Shown piece by piece: positions 38,138-48,441 of a DNA stretch of 64,000 bases. This stretch comes from an uncultured archaeon. Lineage in GTDB: Archaea > Thermoplasmatota > Thermoplasmata > Thermoplasmatales > Thermoplasmataceae. Under the pieces are notes generated by a model. It was not told where the DNA came from and searched no databases. It was given only the letters and a program-made list of their open reading frames with translations. Position 1 is the first letter of the stretch, and each line of letters starts with the position of its first letter. The stretch lies in the NCBI GenBank assembly GCA_000965745.1, contig CP009479.1, forward strand, positions 1,472,001 through 1,536,000. The letters run 5' to 3'. Made by a program: the position numbers and the translations under genes.

Positions 38138-39075
38138 TGGCTGACTTTTTCCCAAGGGGCGTGACCGGTCTCATAATCTACAGGGGGCTGAGGTTCGCGA
38201 GGAAAGCCGACTTTCTAGAATTGTGCGATTATCTCAGGTACGTAGGAAAGAAGCTCTCCAAGCCTGAACGGTCGTTTTACAGTCAAAGAAGGAACAGGAC
38301 TGTTAACTATGCCCTATCCAAGCTCTCAAGTTATAACTTAGTAAAATGGGATGAAAGAGCCAAGAGATACGAATGCAAGGTTGATTATGAAGCCTATCTC
38401 AAGTTCCTTAGGGAGACTGCTGATGAATTGTATCAGAGGGGAAAAAGAGGAATTGAGCACAGCATCATGAAGCTTATAGAAGATTACGTAGACAGAGGGA
38501 TGAAGGATCCATCAAGAAATGTTGGGATCTATCATTCTGCAAGGAGTTCCATGGAACCCGAGTTCACACAAGAAGAAAGGGATCTCTTGGACTGCAACGG
38601 CTGGAACAAATACAACTCGATAGGTGAGGTCTACATGGACGACCTACTGCAGCTTGATCTTCTTGAAAAATTAATTCTCGAAAGAGGATGGAAAGCCCAA
38701 GCAGTGAGCGTCTCAATGTCTGAGATCGTCATGGACCAAGACAAAGAGAGGAAATGGATCAATGAAAAACTAGGGTTGGAGGGCCTACGTCAAGAACACC
38801 TCAAACTCAGGGCATCCGGCCCAATAAGAATCGATTTAGAAGCGGAACCAGAAGCATGGGATATTCTGACGGCCGAAGGATTGGCAGCAAGACGGGTGTT
38901 CAAATTAGAAGGATGGGACACAGAGAAAGCTCAAAGGAGGTACGAGTTATTTGGAGACTCCGTGTTTCATAGAATGGTTACAACAAAACCCTGGTGGTTG
39001 CGAACAGCAAATGAGAATGAAGACATTGAAAATATCTACTGGGGAGAAAAAGAGAAAAGGTCGAAGGATAAGTAA
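38137..39075 (+). CDS. hypothetical protein with a possible N-terminal winged-helix domain
   Basis: VNYALSKLSSYNLV.W....KRY fits a wHTH recognition helix and wing; divergent from the replication operon. Confidence 0.6.
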   Translation: MADFFPRGVTGLIIYRGLRFARKADFLELCDYLRYVGKKLSKPERSFYSQRRNRTVNYALSKLSSYNLVKWDERAKRYECKVDYEAYLKFLRETADELYQRGKRGIEHSIMKLIEDYVDRGMKDPSRNVGIYHSARSSMEPEFTQEERDLLDCNGWNKYNSIGEVYMDDLLQLDLLEKLILERGWKAQAVSVSMSEIVMDQDKERKWINEKLGLEGLRQEHLKLRASGPIRIDLEAEPEAWDILTAEGLAARRVFKLEGWDTEKAQRRYELFGDSVFHRMVTTKPWWLRTANENEDIENIYWGEKEKRSKDK

Positions 39076-39164
39076 CATCATAGTTATTTAAAGTTGACTA
39101 TCACGGGTATATACTATTCATCAGTTTAGAGAGTCAAATATAGGGGTTTAAACCTAAATTGGTA

Positions 39165-39236
39165 TGGACCGGCGGGGATTTGAACCCCGGACCTCTTCCA
39201 TGCCAAGGAAGCGATCTACCTCTGATCTACCGGCCC
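39165..39236 (-). tRNA. tRNA-Ala(GGC), integration target
   Basis: Reverse complement GGGCCGGTAGATCAGAGGTAGATCGCTTCCTTGGCATGGAAGAGGTCCGGGGTTCAAATCCCCGCCGGTCCA; G3:U70 pair. Confidence 0.96.
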
Positions 39237-39422
39237 TTATCTGCCTGATCTCAAACAACACGCGAACCAAGCTTGCGAACATACTAACGTGATTCATAAA
39301 TGTTGTGCAGAAGATCTTGCAGGCTATCTTATGAAAACCAGTACGTGCATGCTATCCGGCAATTCGCTATAGTTGAGTCTACGGCATAAAACTTTATATC
39401 TACACGGCTATCTTATCACCGG

Positions 39423-40979
39423 ATGCCTGCTGAAATTCCAGATTACCACATCTCCGATAACGGACAATTGGATACTCAGCACGGGAAAAAGATACAGGTT
39501 GTTGAGGAATATCCGGTAGTAGAAGGCATAGCATCAGTACGGATCCTGCTTAACAGTGATGATCTTGAACACATATATTTTGTAAAGGAGCCGGAAAATG
39601 GGTTCAGAGAATTGAAAATTATTGACAGCATGGTTTCTGAGATAGAAAGAATGATCCCCCTCCTCCTGGAAGGCGGCGAATTAGATACTTTCCAGGACCT
39701 AGATTATGTGATAAGCAAGTACATTTCTGACCGGCATCATGATTTCGACAATGATCTGAAGAAGAAGCTTATGTATGCGGTGCAGAAAAAACACGTGGGA
39801 TTTGGAAAATTACATGTTGCGGTATTGGATGCCGAAGTGGAAGATGTCTCATGCAATGGACCTGGAATGCCTGTCTTCGTTTACCACAAGAAGTATGGGT
39901 CGCTTAAAACGAATATCTACTTCAAGAATGAAGCTGAACTTTCTTCAAACCTGGTAAAATTTGCCCAGCTGTGCGGGAAGGAAGTTTCAGTCAGCAGCCC
40001 AATTCTTGACGGAATAACAAACGCAGGACACAGGATTCAGGGAATGTACGGACACGAAATTTCACCAAAGGGTTCTGCATTTACCATAAGGCTGTTCAGA
40101 GAGAAGCCTTTCACACCGATCGATCTAATGAAGTCTGGTTCTGCTTCCGCTGAAATGATAGCCTACTTCTGGTATATGGTAGAATACCTGAATTCTGCAC
40201 TTATAGTCGGTCCACCTGCGGTTGGAAAGACATCCACCTTGAATTCAATCCTCATGCTTGTTCCACCAAACACAAAGATATTCAGCATTGAGGAGACGAG
40301 AGAAATCAACATTCTGCACCCAAACTGGGTGGCAGCTTCTACGAGGGAAACAAGCAACACATCCGCCAGCTTCAGGGGCACGGACACCGTAATAGACCTT
40401 TTTGAGCTTGTCAAGATGGCGATGAGGCAGAGGCCCACATATCTTGCAGTAGGTGAAGTCAGGGGGAAAGAGGCATACACGCTCTTCCAGGCTATGTCCA
40501 CAGGGCATACCACATATTCTACAATGCATGCCGAATCCATGTCAACACTTCTCAACAGGCTTGAAAGCGAGCCTCTGAATGTTCCACGGATACTTGTATC
40601 CTATTTGAAAACTGTAATTATAGCGCATTTCATCAGGAAGGGGCAGGGAACAATCAGGAGAATAACTGAGGTAAACGAAATAGTGGGTGTGGACAGCAAA
40701 ACCGGCGAAGTGATATACAACAGGGCGTTTTCCTACGACTCCAGGACAGATACCCATGTGTTTTCAGGGTACAGCCTTCTCCTGAAAAAGATAGCCGCCC
40801 TTAGAAACATAGATGAGGAGGCTCTGATGAAGGAATTTCAGGACAGAATTTCATTGATAGATGGCCTCGCAAATAAAGAAAATCTCGAATACCGGGAAAT
40901 CGCTGAAACAGTATCAAGATACTACAATGGGAGAAGGGATGAGTCAAGAATCATCAGGAAGAGTAAAGATGGAGAGTAA
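39423..40979 (+). CDS. type II/IV secretion (ArlI/TadA-like) ATPase 1
   Basis: EDVSCNG, GPPAVGKT, IEETREI, RQRP..VGEVRG, GH....TMHA. Confidence 0.92.
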   Translation: MPAEIPDYHISDNGQLDTQHGKKIQVVEEYPVVEGIASVRILLNSDDLEHIYFVKEPENGFRELKIIDSMVSEIERMIPLLLEGGELDTFQDLDYVISKYISDRHHDFDNDLKKKLMYAVQKKHVGFGKLHVAVLDAEVEDVSCNGPGMPVFVYHKKYGSLKTNIYFKNEAELSSNLVKFAQLCGKEVSVSSPILDGITNAGHRIQGMYGHEISPKGSAFTIRLFREKPFTPIDLMKSGSASAEMIAYFWYMVEYLNSALIVGPPAVGKTSTLNSILMLVPPNTKIFSIEETREINILHPNWVAASTRETSNTSASFRGTDTVIDLFELVKMAMRQRPTYLAVGEVRGKEAYTLFQAMSTGHTTYSTMHAESMSTLLNRLESEPLNVPRILVSYLKTVIIAHFIRKGQGTIRRITEVNEIVGVDSKTGEVIYNRAFSYDSRTDTHVFSGYSLLLKKIAALRNIDEEALMKEFQDRISLIDGLANKENLEYREIAETVSRYYNGRRDESRIIRKSKDGE

Positions 40980-41895
40980 CAGCAACATACCTGAGAATGG
41001 GAAACGTTCAAGAACTGCCGTCAACCTCAAGAAACAGTTTTTTTTCGTGAACGTCTCAACAGTGTTGTTGGGCAGGTTTTTCTCTGATCAGTCCAGGTTC
41101 TCAAGAACTTCAAGGGAACTTTCTGTCTCAAAAATACCCCTTACCCTGAAGGAGTTTCTTTCCACAGTTGCACTTTCATCCGTAATATTCGCCGTGGCCC
41201 TGACAGCCACCATGACGCTTCTATCCATGCTCTATCCCAATCTGGCATTCCTGTTGTATTCATTCACTTTTCTGATCACGGTAGCATTCATTGCCCTTCT
41301 CCTTGAACTGCCGAATATCGTTACACGGAACAGGATGAGGGACATAAATGCAAAACTTCCCGTGGCCATCGCGTTTGTGGCCACTCTCGCATCGGCGGAT
41401 GTATCAGTTGACGAAATAGTCAGGGAGCTTGGCCAGGCCCGGGAATTTGGGGAAATCTCCAGGGAAGCCAGATCAATATCTGTTTCGAGCAGAATGTTTG
41501 GGAAGGATATAATCAGCGCACTCAGGGAATCATCAGCACTGTCTCCGTCCCCGAGACTCGCAGATTTTTTCCAGGGGATCACAACCACTGTAACGACAGG
41601 CGGAGACCTCAAACTTTACTTCACTACAAAATCAAGAGAATATTACGGGGAACAGGAGAATCAAATCAAGAAGAACTCAGAATCAGTGGGCATCATGAGT
41701 GAAAGTTACATAACCGTGGGAGTTGCCTTTCCGCTGATACTCATGATAATCCTGGGCGTGGTCGGTGCCCTGTCGCCAGTTTCCCCGGCATCAGTAATTA
41801 CATTTCTCTACCTTATCGGCTTTGTAATGATCCCCGCGCTGGCAGCATTTTTCACATACATTCTCCGCTCGACTCTCAGGGAGGTGGAAACATAG
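40969..41895 (+). CDS. TadC/ArlJ-like membrane platform protein
   Basis: INAKLP, FGEISRE, SPS..LADFFQG...GGDL; T2SSF-like. Confidence 0.85.
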   Translation: MESNSNIPENGKRSRTAVNLKKQFFFVNVSTVLLGRFFSDQSRFSRTSRELSVSKIPLTLKEFLSTVALSSVIFAVALTATMTLLSMLYPNLAFLLYSFTFLITVAFIALLLELPNIVTRNRMRDINAKLPVAIAFVATLASADVSVDEIVRELGQAREFGEISREARSISVSSRMFGKDIISALRESSALSPSPRLADFFQGITTTVTTGGDLKLYFTTKSREYYGEQENQIKKNSESVGIMSESYITVGVAFPLILMIILGVVGALSPVSPASVITFLYLIGFVMIPALAAFFTYILRSTLREVET

Positions 41896-41915
41896 AAAGG
41901 AAGGCGGCTGCAGGA

Positions 41916-42722
41916 TTGCTTTCATTATTATTTTCTGCAGTTTTCATTGCCGGCAGTGCTGTTTTTACGACTTCTGCGTACAGCATCAGGGAAAATCCGA
42001 TATTCATCTCATCAATCGCAATTGCTGTGCCGATGATAGCCTACGGGAGCTTCGACTATATTGAAATCCAGCGGATATACAAAGCAGAACGGAAACTTCC
42101 TGATCTGCTGAGGGACCTCTCAAATTACACATCATTCGGAATTCCCCTTTCTGAAGCCTTCATGAGAATAGGGATGAATGACTACGGTATTCTCACCGGA
42201 GGTGTGAGGAGAGTTTCATCACTTGTCACCGCGGGGGTTGGCTTCGAAAAAGCAGTGAAGGAGCTTGGCTCGGGAGTAAAGTCATCAAAGATAGCAATGG
42301 TCTCAAAAATTCTCCAGAAGTCCAATGAATCTGGCAGCAACACTTCAGATGTCATATGGATACTTTCCGAATTCTCCACCAGGGCAGAACTTCTGCGGGG
42401 ATCACGGATAGGTGACATGAAGAACTACAATCTTGTCATGATAATATCCTTCGCAGTTTTCCTGTTTGTTATTCTGTTCCTTGATGTCAGGTTCCTGCAG
42501 GTTATGTTCGAACACAGCATTGCGACCGGCTCCTTTATAGCCGGAAATCTTTCAAGCTCCACCATCGAAAACGCATTCAGTGTAGGGGTCATTGTTCAGG
42601 CTGTTGCAATCGGCATGATATCGGGGGTACTTAGGGATGTGAGAATCACTTCAGGCCTTCTTCTGTCAGGCATTCTGGTTGCCGTGACAACATTCATCTT
42701 CTCTGTTGCGGGGGTGTTCTGA
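41916..42722 (+). CDS. TadB/C-like membrane platform protein
   Basis: ERKLPDLLRDL...GIPLSEA, DYG.L, ESG. Confidence 0.85.
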   Translation: MLSLLFSAVFIAGSAVFTTSAYSIRENPIFISSIAIAVPMIAYGSFDYIEIQRIYKAERKLPDLLRDLSNYTSFGIPLSEAFMRIGMNDYGILTGGVRRVSSLVTAGVGFEKAVKELGSGVKSSKIAMVSKILQKSNESGSNTSDVIWILSEFSTRAELLRGSRIGDMKNYNLVMIISFAVFLFVILFLDVRFLQVMFEHSIATGSFIAGNLSSSTIENAFSVGVIVQAVAIGMISGVLRDVRITSGLLLSGILVAVTTFIFSVAGVF

Positions 42723-44257
42723 TGGTGAAACGCCGTGGTTCCGGCAACAGCCTGGATGAGGTTCTTTTTTCAAGGGACCTCACAATTCCGGAACAGAGGG
42801 AGAACGATCTTTTCACCTATGAGATTGACCCGGGAAGGGTATACTCGAGAGTGCACATATCAGAGGACAGCTCAATCATGTACGACCTGGTTGAGCCTTA
42901 TATGAACGAGATTCTCCACAAGATATATATCAGCCTTAGGGAGAAGATAGTGAGGCTCATATCCGACCGGTCAGGGAACGGGAAAAAGGTTGCGGACACC
43001 GCGGAACAGATTAACGAAGCTGTAGTTTCTTCATCTCTGGAGCAGAAAGGAAAGAAACTGGTATACTACTACCTGAACAGGGATTTTCTCGGATTGGACA
43101 TAATCGACGGCCTTCTGAAGGACCCCAATATTGAGGATATTACTTGCGATGGATCCCACGTGCCGGTTTTTGTTTACCACACGTCCTACGGTTTCATCCC
43201 CACCAACGTCAAATTCAGAAACGATGAAGAGCTGAACTCTTTCATAAGGAAGACAGTTCAGAGAACAGGAAAAAATATTTCCATATCATCCCCACTGGCA
43301 GATTCGATTCTGCCGGATGGATCAAGGATCCAGGCATCACTGGGCAGGTATGTGACCACAAACGGCCCCAGCTTCACCATCCGGAAATTCAAGGAGGTGC
43401 CGCTAAGCCCGATTGACCTGATCGTCAACGGCACAGCATCACCCGATATATTCGCCTACCTGTGGATACTCACGGAGTATGGCGCCAACATAATGATTAC
43501 AGGTGGAACGGCCACAGGCAAAACCACATTCCTTAATTCAATCCTTCTATTTGCTCCCCCTGAAAAGAAGATCGTGAGCATAGAGGATACCCGGGAGATC
43601 AACCTGTATCATGAAAACTGGCTTTCTACAGTGACCAGGCCTGGGTTCGGGCAGTCATCAGAAGGCAGGAATTCTGGAGAAATTGACATGTTCGACCTTC
43701 TCGTCTCATCCATGAGGCACAGGCCCGATTATGTTGTCATAGGTGAAGTAAGAGGCAGGGAGACGTTCACCGTGTTCCAGGCAATGTCTGTGGGCAGGTA
43801 TTCCTACTGCACCTTCCATGCAGATGGAGTGGATACGCTTATTCACAGGCTTGAATCCAAACCCATCAATATCCCGAGAAACCTGATCTCATCACTCGAT
43901 ACTGTTGTAGTCCTTTCCATGGCAGAGAGGGATGGCAGGCAGCAGCGGATAACATCTACTATATCAGAAATTACAGGCCTTGACCAGGGCAGTGGAGAGA
44001 TAATTACAAACCGGCTTTACGACTGGGAACCTTCTTCAAACGTTTATGAATCATCGCTTTTCAGCTACGTTCTGGAAAGAATAGCGGAACGGACAGGGCA
44101 GTCCCTCTCTGACCTTGAAAATGAGCACAGGCTGAGAACCATGCTGTTGAGGTCCATGATAGAAAACGGAATAACCAGGTTCGATGATGTTGCGTCAATT
44201 GTCAGAAAATATCACAGGGACAGGGATTCAGTTCTGGACAACTATTCTATTCATTAG
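42722..44257 (+). CDS. type II/IV secretion ATPase 2
   Basis: EDITCDG, GGTATGKT, IEDTREI, RHRPD..IGEVRG. Confidence 0.92.
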   Translation: MVKRRGSGNSLDEVLFSRDLTIPEQRENDLFTYEIDPGRVYSRVHISEDSSIMYDLVEPYMNEILHKIYISLREKIVRLISDRSGNGKKVADTAEQINEAVVSSSLEQKGKKLVYYYLNRDFLGLDIIDGLLKDPNIEDITCDGSHVPVFVYHTSYGFIPTNVKFRNDEELNSFIRKTVQRTGKNISISSPLADSILPDGSRIQASLGRYVTTNGPSFTIRKFKEVPLSPIDLIVNGTASPDIFAYLWILTEYGANIMITGGTATGKTTFLNSILLFAPPEKKIVSIEDTREINLYHENWLSTVTRPGFGQSSEGRNSGEIDMFDLLVSSMRHRPDYVVIGEVRGRETFTVFQAMSVGRYSYCTFHADGVDTLIHRLESKPINIPRNLISSLDTVVVLSMAERDGRQQRITSTISEITGLDQGSGEIITNRLYDWEPSSNVYESSLFSYVLERIAERTGQSLSDLENEHRLRTMLLRSMIENGITRFDDVASIVRKYHRDRDSVLDNYSIH

Positions 44258-45566
44258 AACGGGGAGTTTTTTCATCCGGTGATCCCTCGCTTGCTCCAAA
44301 GAGCCTGTCGGACAGTATTGGAAGGTATATTGTCTGCAGCACAATTGAGAACAGCACAACGAATGATGTGGAAACCGAAATCAGGGGCCCCCATGTTATA
44401 AGTACCTGATTGTTGGTATTGAGCCCCACGGCATAAGGCAGCGTGGAAAGAACAACGGTGACCACTCCCCTCGGGCCAGTGAGCGAGAAGAATGCCCTGA
44501 TTCTATTGTTAATTGGCGGTCCCCTCCCCTTCCTTCCTGAAATTCCGAGTGCTGCAAATACTGATGCCGGGCGGGCAATGAAGATCACGACCAGGGAAAG
44601 GGCAAAGCCTATCAGGGCATACTCGAACAGGTCACCTCTGGTAATCTGGCTTCCGAGGAGCAGAAATATCACAGTCTGGAGGAGGAATGCAAGACTCTGC
44701 TGGAAATTTGACTCCCTGTTCCAGAAAATGCTCTTGTCGGAGAAGTTCCCCACTATCGCACCCGTGGCTATAACTGCAGGGAAGGGGGTTATTCCAGCGG
44801 CTTCCAGAAAGGTGAATTCGAGGATCACGATGCCGAGAAGAAGGCCAACGACGAAATTCTCGAAATTGAGAAGCTTGTTTACATAGATCACTGTGAAGCC
44901 GATGGCGATCCCCACAACCGAGGGAACTGTAATCTGAAGCAGGAAGAACGATGCAATGCCTCCCGCGAATCCAACATAGTGGGCAAAGACACTGAACAGG
45001 GCAACATAGTTTGAGCTTGGCGCAACAAGGACTATTGCTATCGTTACGAGAATGATGCCCAGCGGGTCGTTGAAAAGGCTCTCCCCTACCAGGGTTCCGG
45101 AGATGTCCTCCTTGATTCTCATCCTCCTGAACAGGGGTATCAGCGTTACCGGATCGGTAGGTGAAACGATGGCCCCGAACAGGAACCCAACGGAGAAGGG
45201 AGCGCCTGTTATGAGCGAGAAGAAGAGTCCTGCAACTAGGGCGGTTATGATGATACCGACTGTATCAAGGGAAATAATCCTCCAGAAATGCCTCCTGAGA
45301 ACCCTGAAACTTATGTTGTGGCTCTCGTAATAGAGTATGAATACGAGGGCCAGGAGTCCGAATCCCACTCCCCCGAAATTGTTCATGAAGTTGACGGCAA
45401 ATCCAGTCTGAACGATTCCAAGAACGGGCCCGAAAAGTATGCCGAGTACAATAAGGATCGGGATCTCAGCTACAGATACCTTACGGGCAATAGGTATAGC
45501 AAAGGCTGCCAGAATTAGAATTAGACTTATCTGGTAGTATTCCGTTGTTATATCTATTACCGCCAT
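44247..45566 (-). CDS. CPA1 (NhaP-type) Na+/H+ antiporter
   Basis: SPTDPV, GESLFND, GPRGVV. Confidence 0.92.
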   Translation of the reverse strand: MAVIDITTEYYQISLILILAAFAIPIARKVSVAEIPILIVLGILFGPVLGIVQTGFAVNFMNNFGGVGFGLLALVFILYYESHNISFRVLRRHFWRIISLDTVGIIITALVAGLFFSLITGAPFSVGFLFGAIVSPTDPVTLIPLFRRMRIKEDISGTLVGESLFNDPLGIILVTIAIVLVAPSSNYVALFSVFAHYVGFAGGIASFFLLQITVPSVVGIAIGFTVIYVNKLLNFENFVVGLLLGIVILEFTFLEAAGITPFPAVIATGAIVGNFSDKSIFWNRESNFQQSLAFLLQTVIFLLLGSQITRGDLFEYALIGFALSLVVIFIARPASVFAALGISGRKGRGPPINNRIRAFFSLTGPRGVVTVVLSTLPYAVGLNTNNQVLITWGPLISVSTSFVVLFSIVLQTIYLPILSDRLFGASEGSPDEKTPRSNE

Positions 45567-45581
45567 GAATGCTGATCATCC

Positions 45582-46313
45582 TCAATTATCCTTTGTCAGT
45601 GGCATTCTCCTCTTGTGCCGGGAGTTGAGATACATCAGGTGCACCTTCCTGTGCCTGCCTGATATCTCACCCGTTTTCCTTTCAAAGAGGTCCTTGAGTA
45701 TTTCATCAAGGTCATCGTATGACATTCCCAGTTCGGTTTCGTCAAACTGGTTTGCCCACAAACCCGCCGAAGGCCTCTTGTTTATTATTGATATTGGTAC
45801 ATCGAGCTCCCTGGCCAGCTCCCTGACCTCATGTTTGTAGAGGCCAATTATCGGCTCGATATCACAGCCTCCGTCGCCGTATTTGGTAAAATATCCTACA
45901 AGGTTCTCGCTCTTGTTGGTCGTCCCTACCACAAGGCCATTATACAGGTTTGAATGGTAGTATAGAGTGACCATTCTAACTCTCGACTTCATGTTTCCTA
46001 TGATCTTGGGATCTGAAGCAGAGAGCGTTTTCCTGAATGCATCAACCATTGGTTGTATGTTGACCGTCTTTACATCCACGCCTGATGCTTCAGCGAGCTC
46101 ATTTACATCCCTGTAGTCACTTTCCGGGGTGCCCTCATCGGGCATGAATACAGCGACTATGGAATCTTTTCCAAGAACCTTCTTCAGGAGCATCAAAACA
46201 GTCGCGCTGTCTATTCCGCCACTGACTCCAACGACTGCTTTTTTCTTCCCCAGGTTTTCAGACAGGAACCCGGTGATCTCCTCAAGATTCTTTGATTTGT
46301 GCTGCATTGACAC
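45582..46313 (-). CDS. nadE: NH3-dependent NAD+ synthetase
   Basis: GVSGGIDS, GN..SRVRM, GYFTKYGDG, PSAGLW. Confidence 0.96.
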   Translation of the reverse strand: MSMQHKSKNLEEITGFLSENLGKKKAVVGVSGGIDSATVLMLLKKVLGKDSIVAVFMPDEGTPESDYRDVNELAEASGVDVKTVNIQPMVDAFRKTLSASDPKIIGNMKSRVRMVTLYYHSNLYNGLVVGTTNKSENLVGYFTKYGDGGCDIEPIIGLYKHEVRELARELDVPISIINKRPSAGLWANQFDETELGMSYDDLDEILKDLFERKTGEISGRHRKVHLMYLNSRHKRRMPLTKDN

Positions 46314-46426
46314 ATTTCATTATATTTACTGGTCAAATAAATATTACTGAGTCAATTTATTTACAGACCTTTGAATATTCCTCTATTACTTATAAATATA
46401 ATCGAAAATATTTTAACGCCGGTGCC

Positions 46427-47311
46427 TCAGTCAACGAAATTTTTCATCTGAGCCCTAGCCGCCTTTAGCAGGTTCTCGAACATGCACGCTGTAGTAACTG
46501 GTCCGACACCTCCCGGAACGGGCGTTATGGCTTTTACCTTGTCCTTGATGCTTTCAAAGTCCGCATCGCCGGTCAGCTTCCCGTTGGCGTAGTTTATTCC
46601 AGCATCAATTACTATGGAATTTCCAGTCACGTGATCAGGCGTAAGAAACCCGGCTTTACCCACCCCAACAACAATAAAGTCACTCTCCCTCGTTATCTTA
46701 GGGATATCATGCGTCCTGCTGTGGCACACGCTCACGGTAAAATCCCTGTTGAGCAGCATAAGGGCCAATGGCCTGCCAATAACAGGAGACCTGTTGATTA
46801 TTGTGACCGTTGAACCCCTTTCAGGCTCCTGCAGTTCTATGAGCGTCCTGATGGCCTGTGCAGTGGCAGGCAGCATGTACTCTCTGTTGAGTGCAATCTT
46901 TCCCTGGTTTATCTCGGTTATGCAGTCTATGTCCTTCTGCGGGTCAATACGCTGTGCAATTCCAGTGTGATCAAGATGGGGGGGCAGTGGAGCTTCTATT
47001 ACAATACCGTTTGTACTGCTATCCGCTGAAAATCCTGAGATTACCTTCCCCAACTCCTCTTCTGTAGTCTTTTCGCCAAGTTCCGTAAGCTCGACATTCA
47101 CACCAAGCTTCTTCCCGTATCTCATCTTGGACCTGATGTATGATGCAGAAGAATCGTCTCCTCCCACAGAGATCAGTCTCATCGACGGAACTATGCCGGT
47201 TTCCGATCTTAGCGAGGCGATATCCCTTATCAGCTTCTCCTTCTTTTCAGAGGCAACAGCCTTACCGTCTATAAGCATCCTATTACCAGATCTGATAGCG
47301 TTCAGCTCCAT
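46427..47311 (-). CDS. folD: methylene-THF dehydrogenase/cyclohydrolase
   Basis: LIDGK, KDID, RSPVIGRP, ITPVPGGVGPVT. Confidence 0.95.
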   Translation of the reverse strand: MELNAIRSGNRMLIDGKAVASEKKEKLIRDIASLRSETGIVPSMRLISVGGDDSSASYIRSKMRYGKKLGVNVELTELGEKTTEEELGKVISGFSADSSTNGIVIEAPLPPHLDHTGIAQRIDPQKDIDCITEINQGKIALNREYMLPATAQAIRTLIELQEPERGSTVTIINRSPVIGRPLALMLLNRDFTVSVCHSRTHDIPKITRESDFIVVGVGKAGFLTPDHVTGNSIVIDAGINYANGKLTGDADFESIKDKVKAITPVPGGVGPVTTACMFENLLKAARAQMKNFVD

Positions 47312-48396
47312 TTAATGACTGACTTTATCTCTCCATGCGGTTTGCTGGTGAACACACCTGTATCAGCGGGATCGAATTTTGCTGTTATCATGTTGCTGAG
47401 AGCATCCCCGTGTATGTACTTCCATTTCCTCAGATATCTGATTGCGGTTTCATAGTGGGTCTTGGCAGCATCAACCACTCCCGCGACGGTTATATTCCTC
47501 TCAACAAGGTAATCTATGAAGCTTCCGTCAACCTGTGCTTCCGGGGCTTTTCCGTTTGTTCCAAAGAGGATGGCGACGGCGTTGTAGTTCAAGTACTTCA
47601 TGAACCTGAATACAGTCCCCGGGTCCCCACTGGTGTCGATAAGCAGGTCAATCCCACCTTTGACAACCTCTCCCTCATTTTTTGAATAATCAACAAAATT
47701 CACTCCAAAGCTGTTCAGCATCTCGACGTTTGAATCTTCAATCGGATGTCTGTTCACGGCCATAGTGTCAAAACCATACTCTCTCGACATGAAGGCATAA
47801 AGGTAACCCTGCGTGCCGGTCCCCACAACTACGGAACGTTTCCCATCAAGAGTGGAGTCCTTGCCAGCGTAAACTGCTCGCCTGCTTACCACATCGAAAA
47901 CTTCGAACCCCTTTACGACGTTCTTCAATGGCTCAGTCAGAACAGCAATGTCTGATATGTTGCTGTCAGATACCTTGACAAGATTCTCAATTCTGTCATA
48001 AAAATGTTCTCTCATGAATCCATGGAGCCCTGTAATTCCCGCTTCATGCTTGTCGCCGTCGGAGCAGTTGTCAGGCCTGCCTATGGAACAGTTGACACAT
48101 CCTCCGGGCCTTCTCACAAGAGGGACAACATAATCGCCCTTCTTTATTCCGAGATTGTTATCTGCGATTTCCAGAACCCGGCATAATGATTCATGGCCCA
48201 GAACAAGTCGATCCTCTCCTTCAGGATTGTAAGCGAATGGCAGTGATCCTCTGACAATGCCCCTGTCTGTGCCACATATACCAGTGTAAACAGGTTTAAG
48301 CTTCACTTCAAAATTTTCCGGCTCTTCTAGGTCTATGCTCTCATAAGTTACTCCGCCCCTGGGAGCTCTAGTGGTAAGGGCCATTACAGAACTCAT
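47302..48396 (-). CDS. gdh: archaeal glucose 1-dehydrogenase (Zn MDR)
   Basis: GICGTD, LGHE, VRRPGGC..C..GRPDNC, GI.GLHGFMRE, LTEPLKN. Confidence 0.9.
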   Translation of the reverse strand: MSSVMALTTRAPRGGVTYESIDLEEPENFEVKLKPVYTGICGTDRGIVRGSLPFAYNPEGEDRLVLGHESLCRVLEIADNNLGIKKGDYVVPLVRRPGGCVNCSIGRPDNCSDGDKHEAGITGLHGFMREHFYDRIENLVKVSDSNISDIAVLTEPLKNVVKGFEVFDVVSRRAVYAGKDSTLDGKRSVVVGTGTQGYLYAFMSREYGFDTMAVNRHPIEDSNVEMLNSFGVNFVDYSKNEGEVVKGGIDLLIDTSGDPGTVFRFMKYLNYNAVAILFGTNGKAPEAQVDGSFIDYLVERNITVAGVVDAAKTHYETAIRYLRKWKYIHGDALSNMITAKFDPADTGVFTSKPHGEIKSVIKWS

Positions 48397-48441
48397 GATC
48401 CTGCGATCTGATATGATTATATAAAGTATGTTCAGATAATA

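Larger units (their letters stand above)
30339..39176. mobile_element. 8.8-kb integrative (plasmid-like) element inserted at tRNA-Ala(GGC)
   Basis: 15-bp direct repeat GTATGGACCGGCGGG at 30339-30353 and 39162-39176 (overlapping the tRNA 3' end); integrase at the left end; primase and helicase module. Confidence 0.92.

Noticed and set aside
30339-39176. Provirus
   Set aside because: No recognisable capsid, terminase, packaging ATPase or membrane virion proteins. Better described as an integrative plasmid or satellite.
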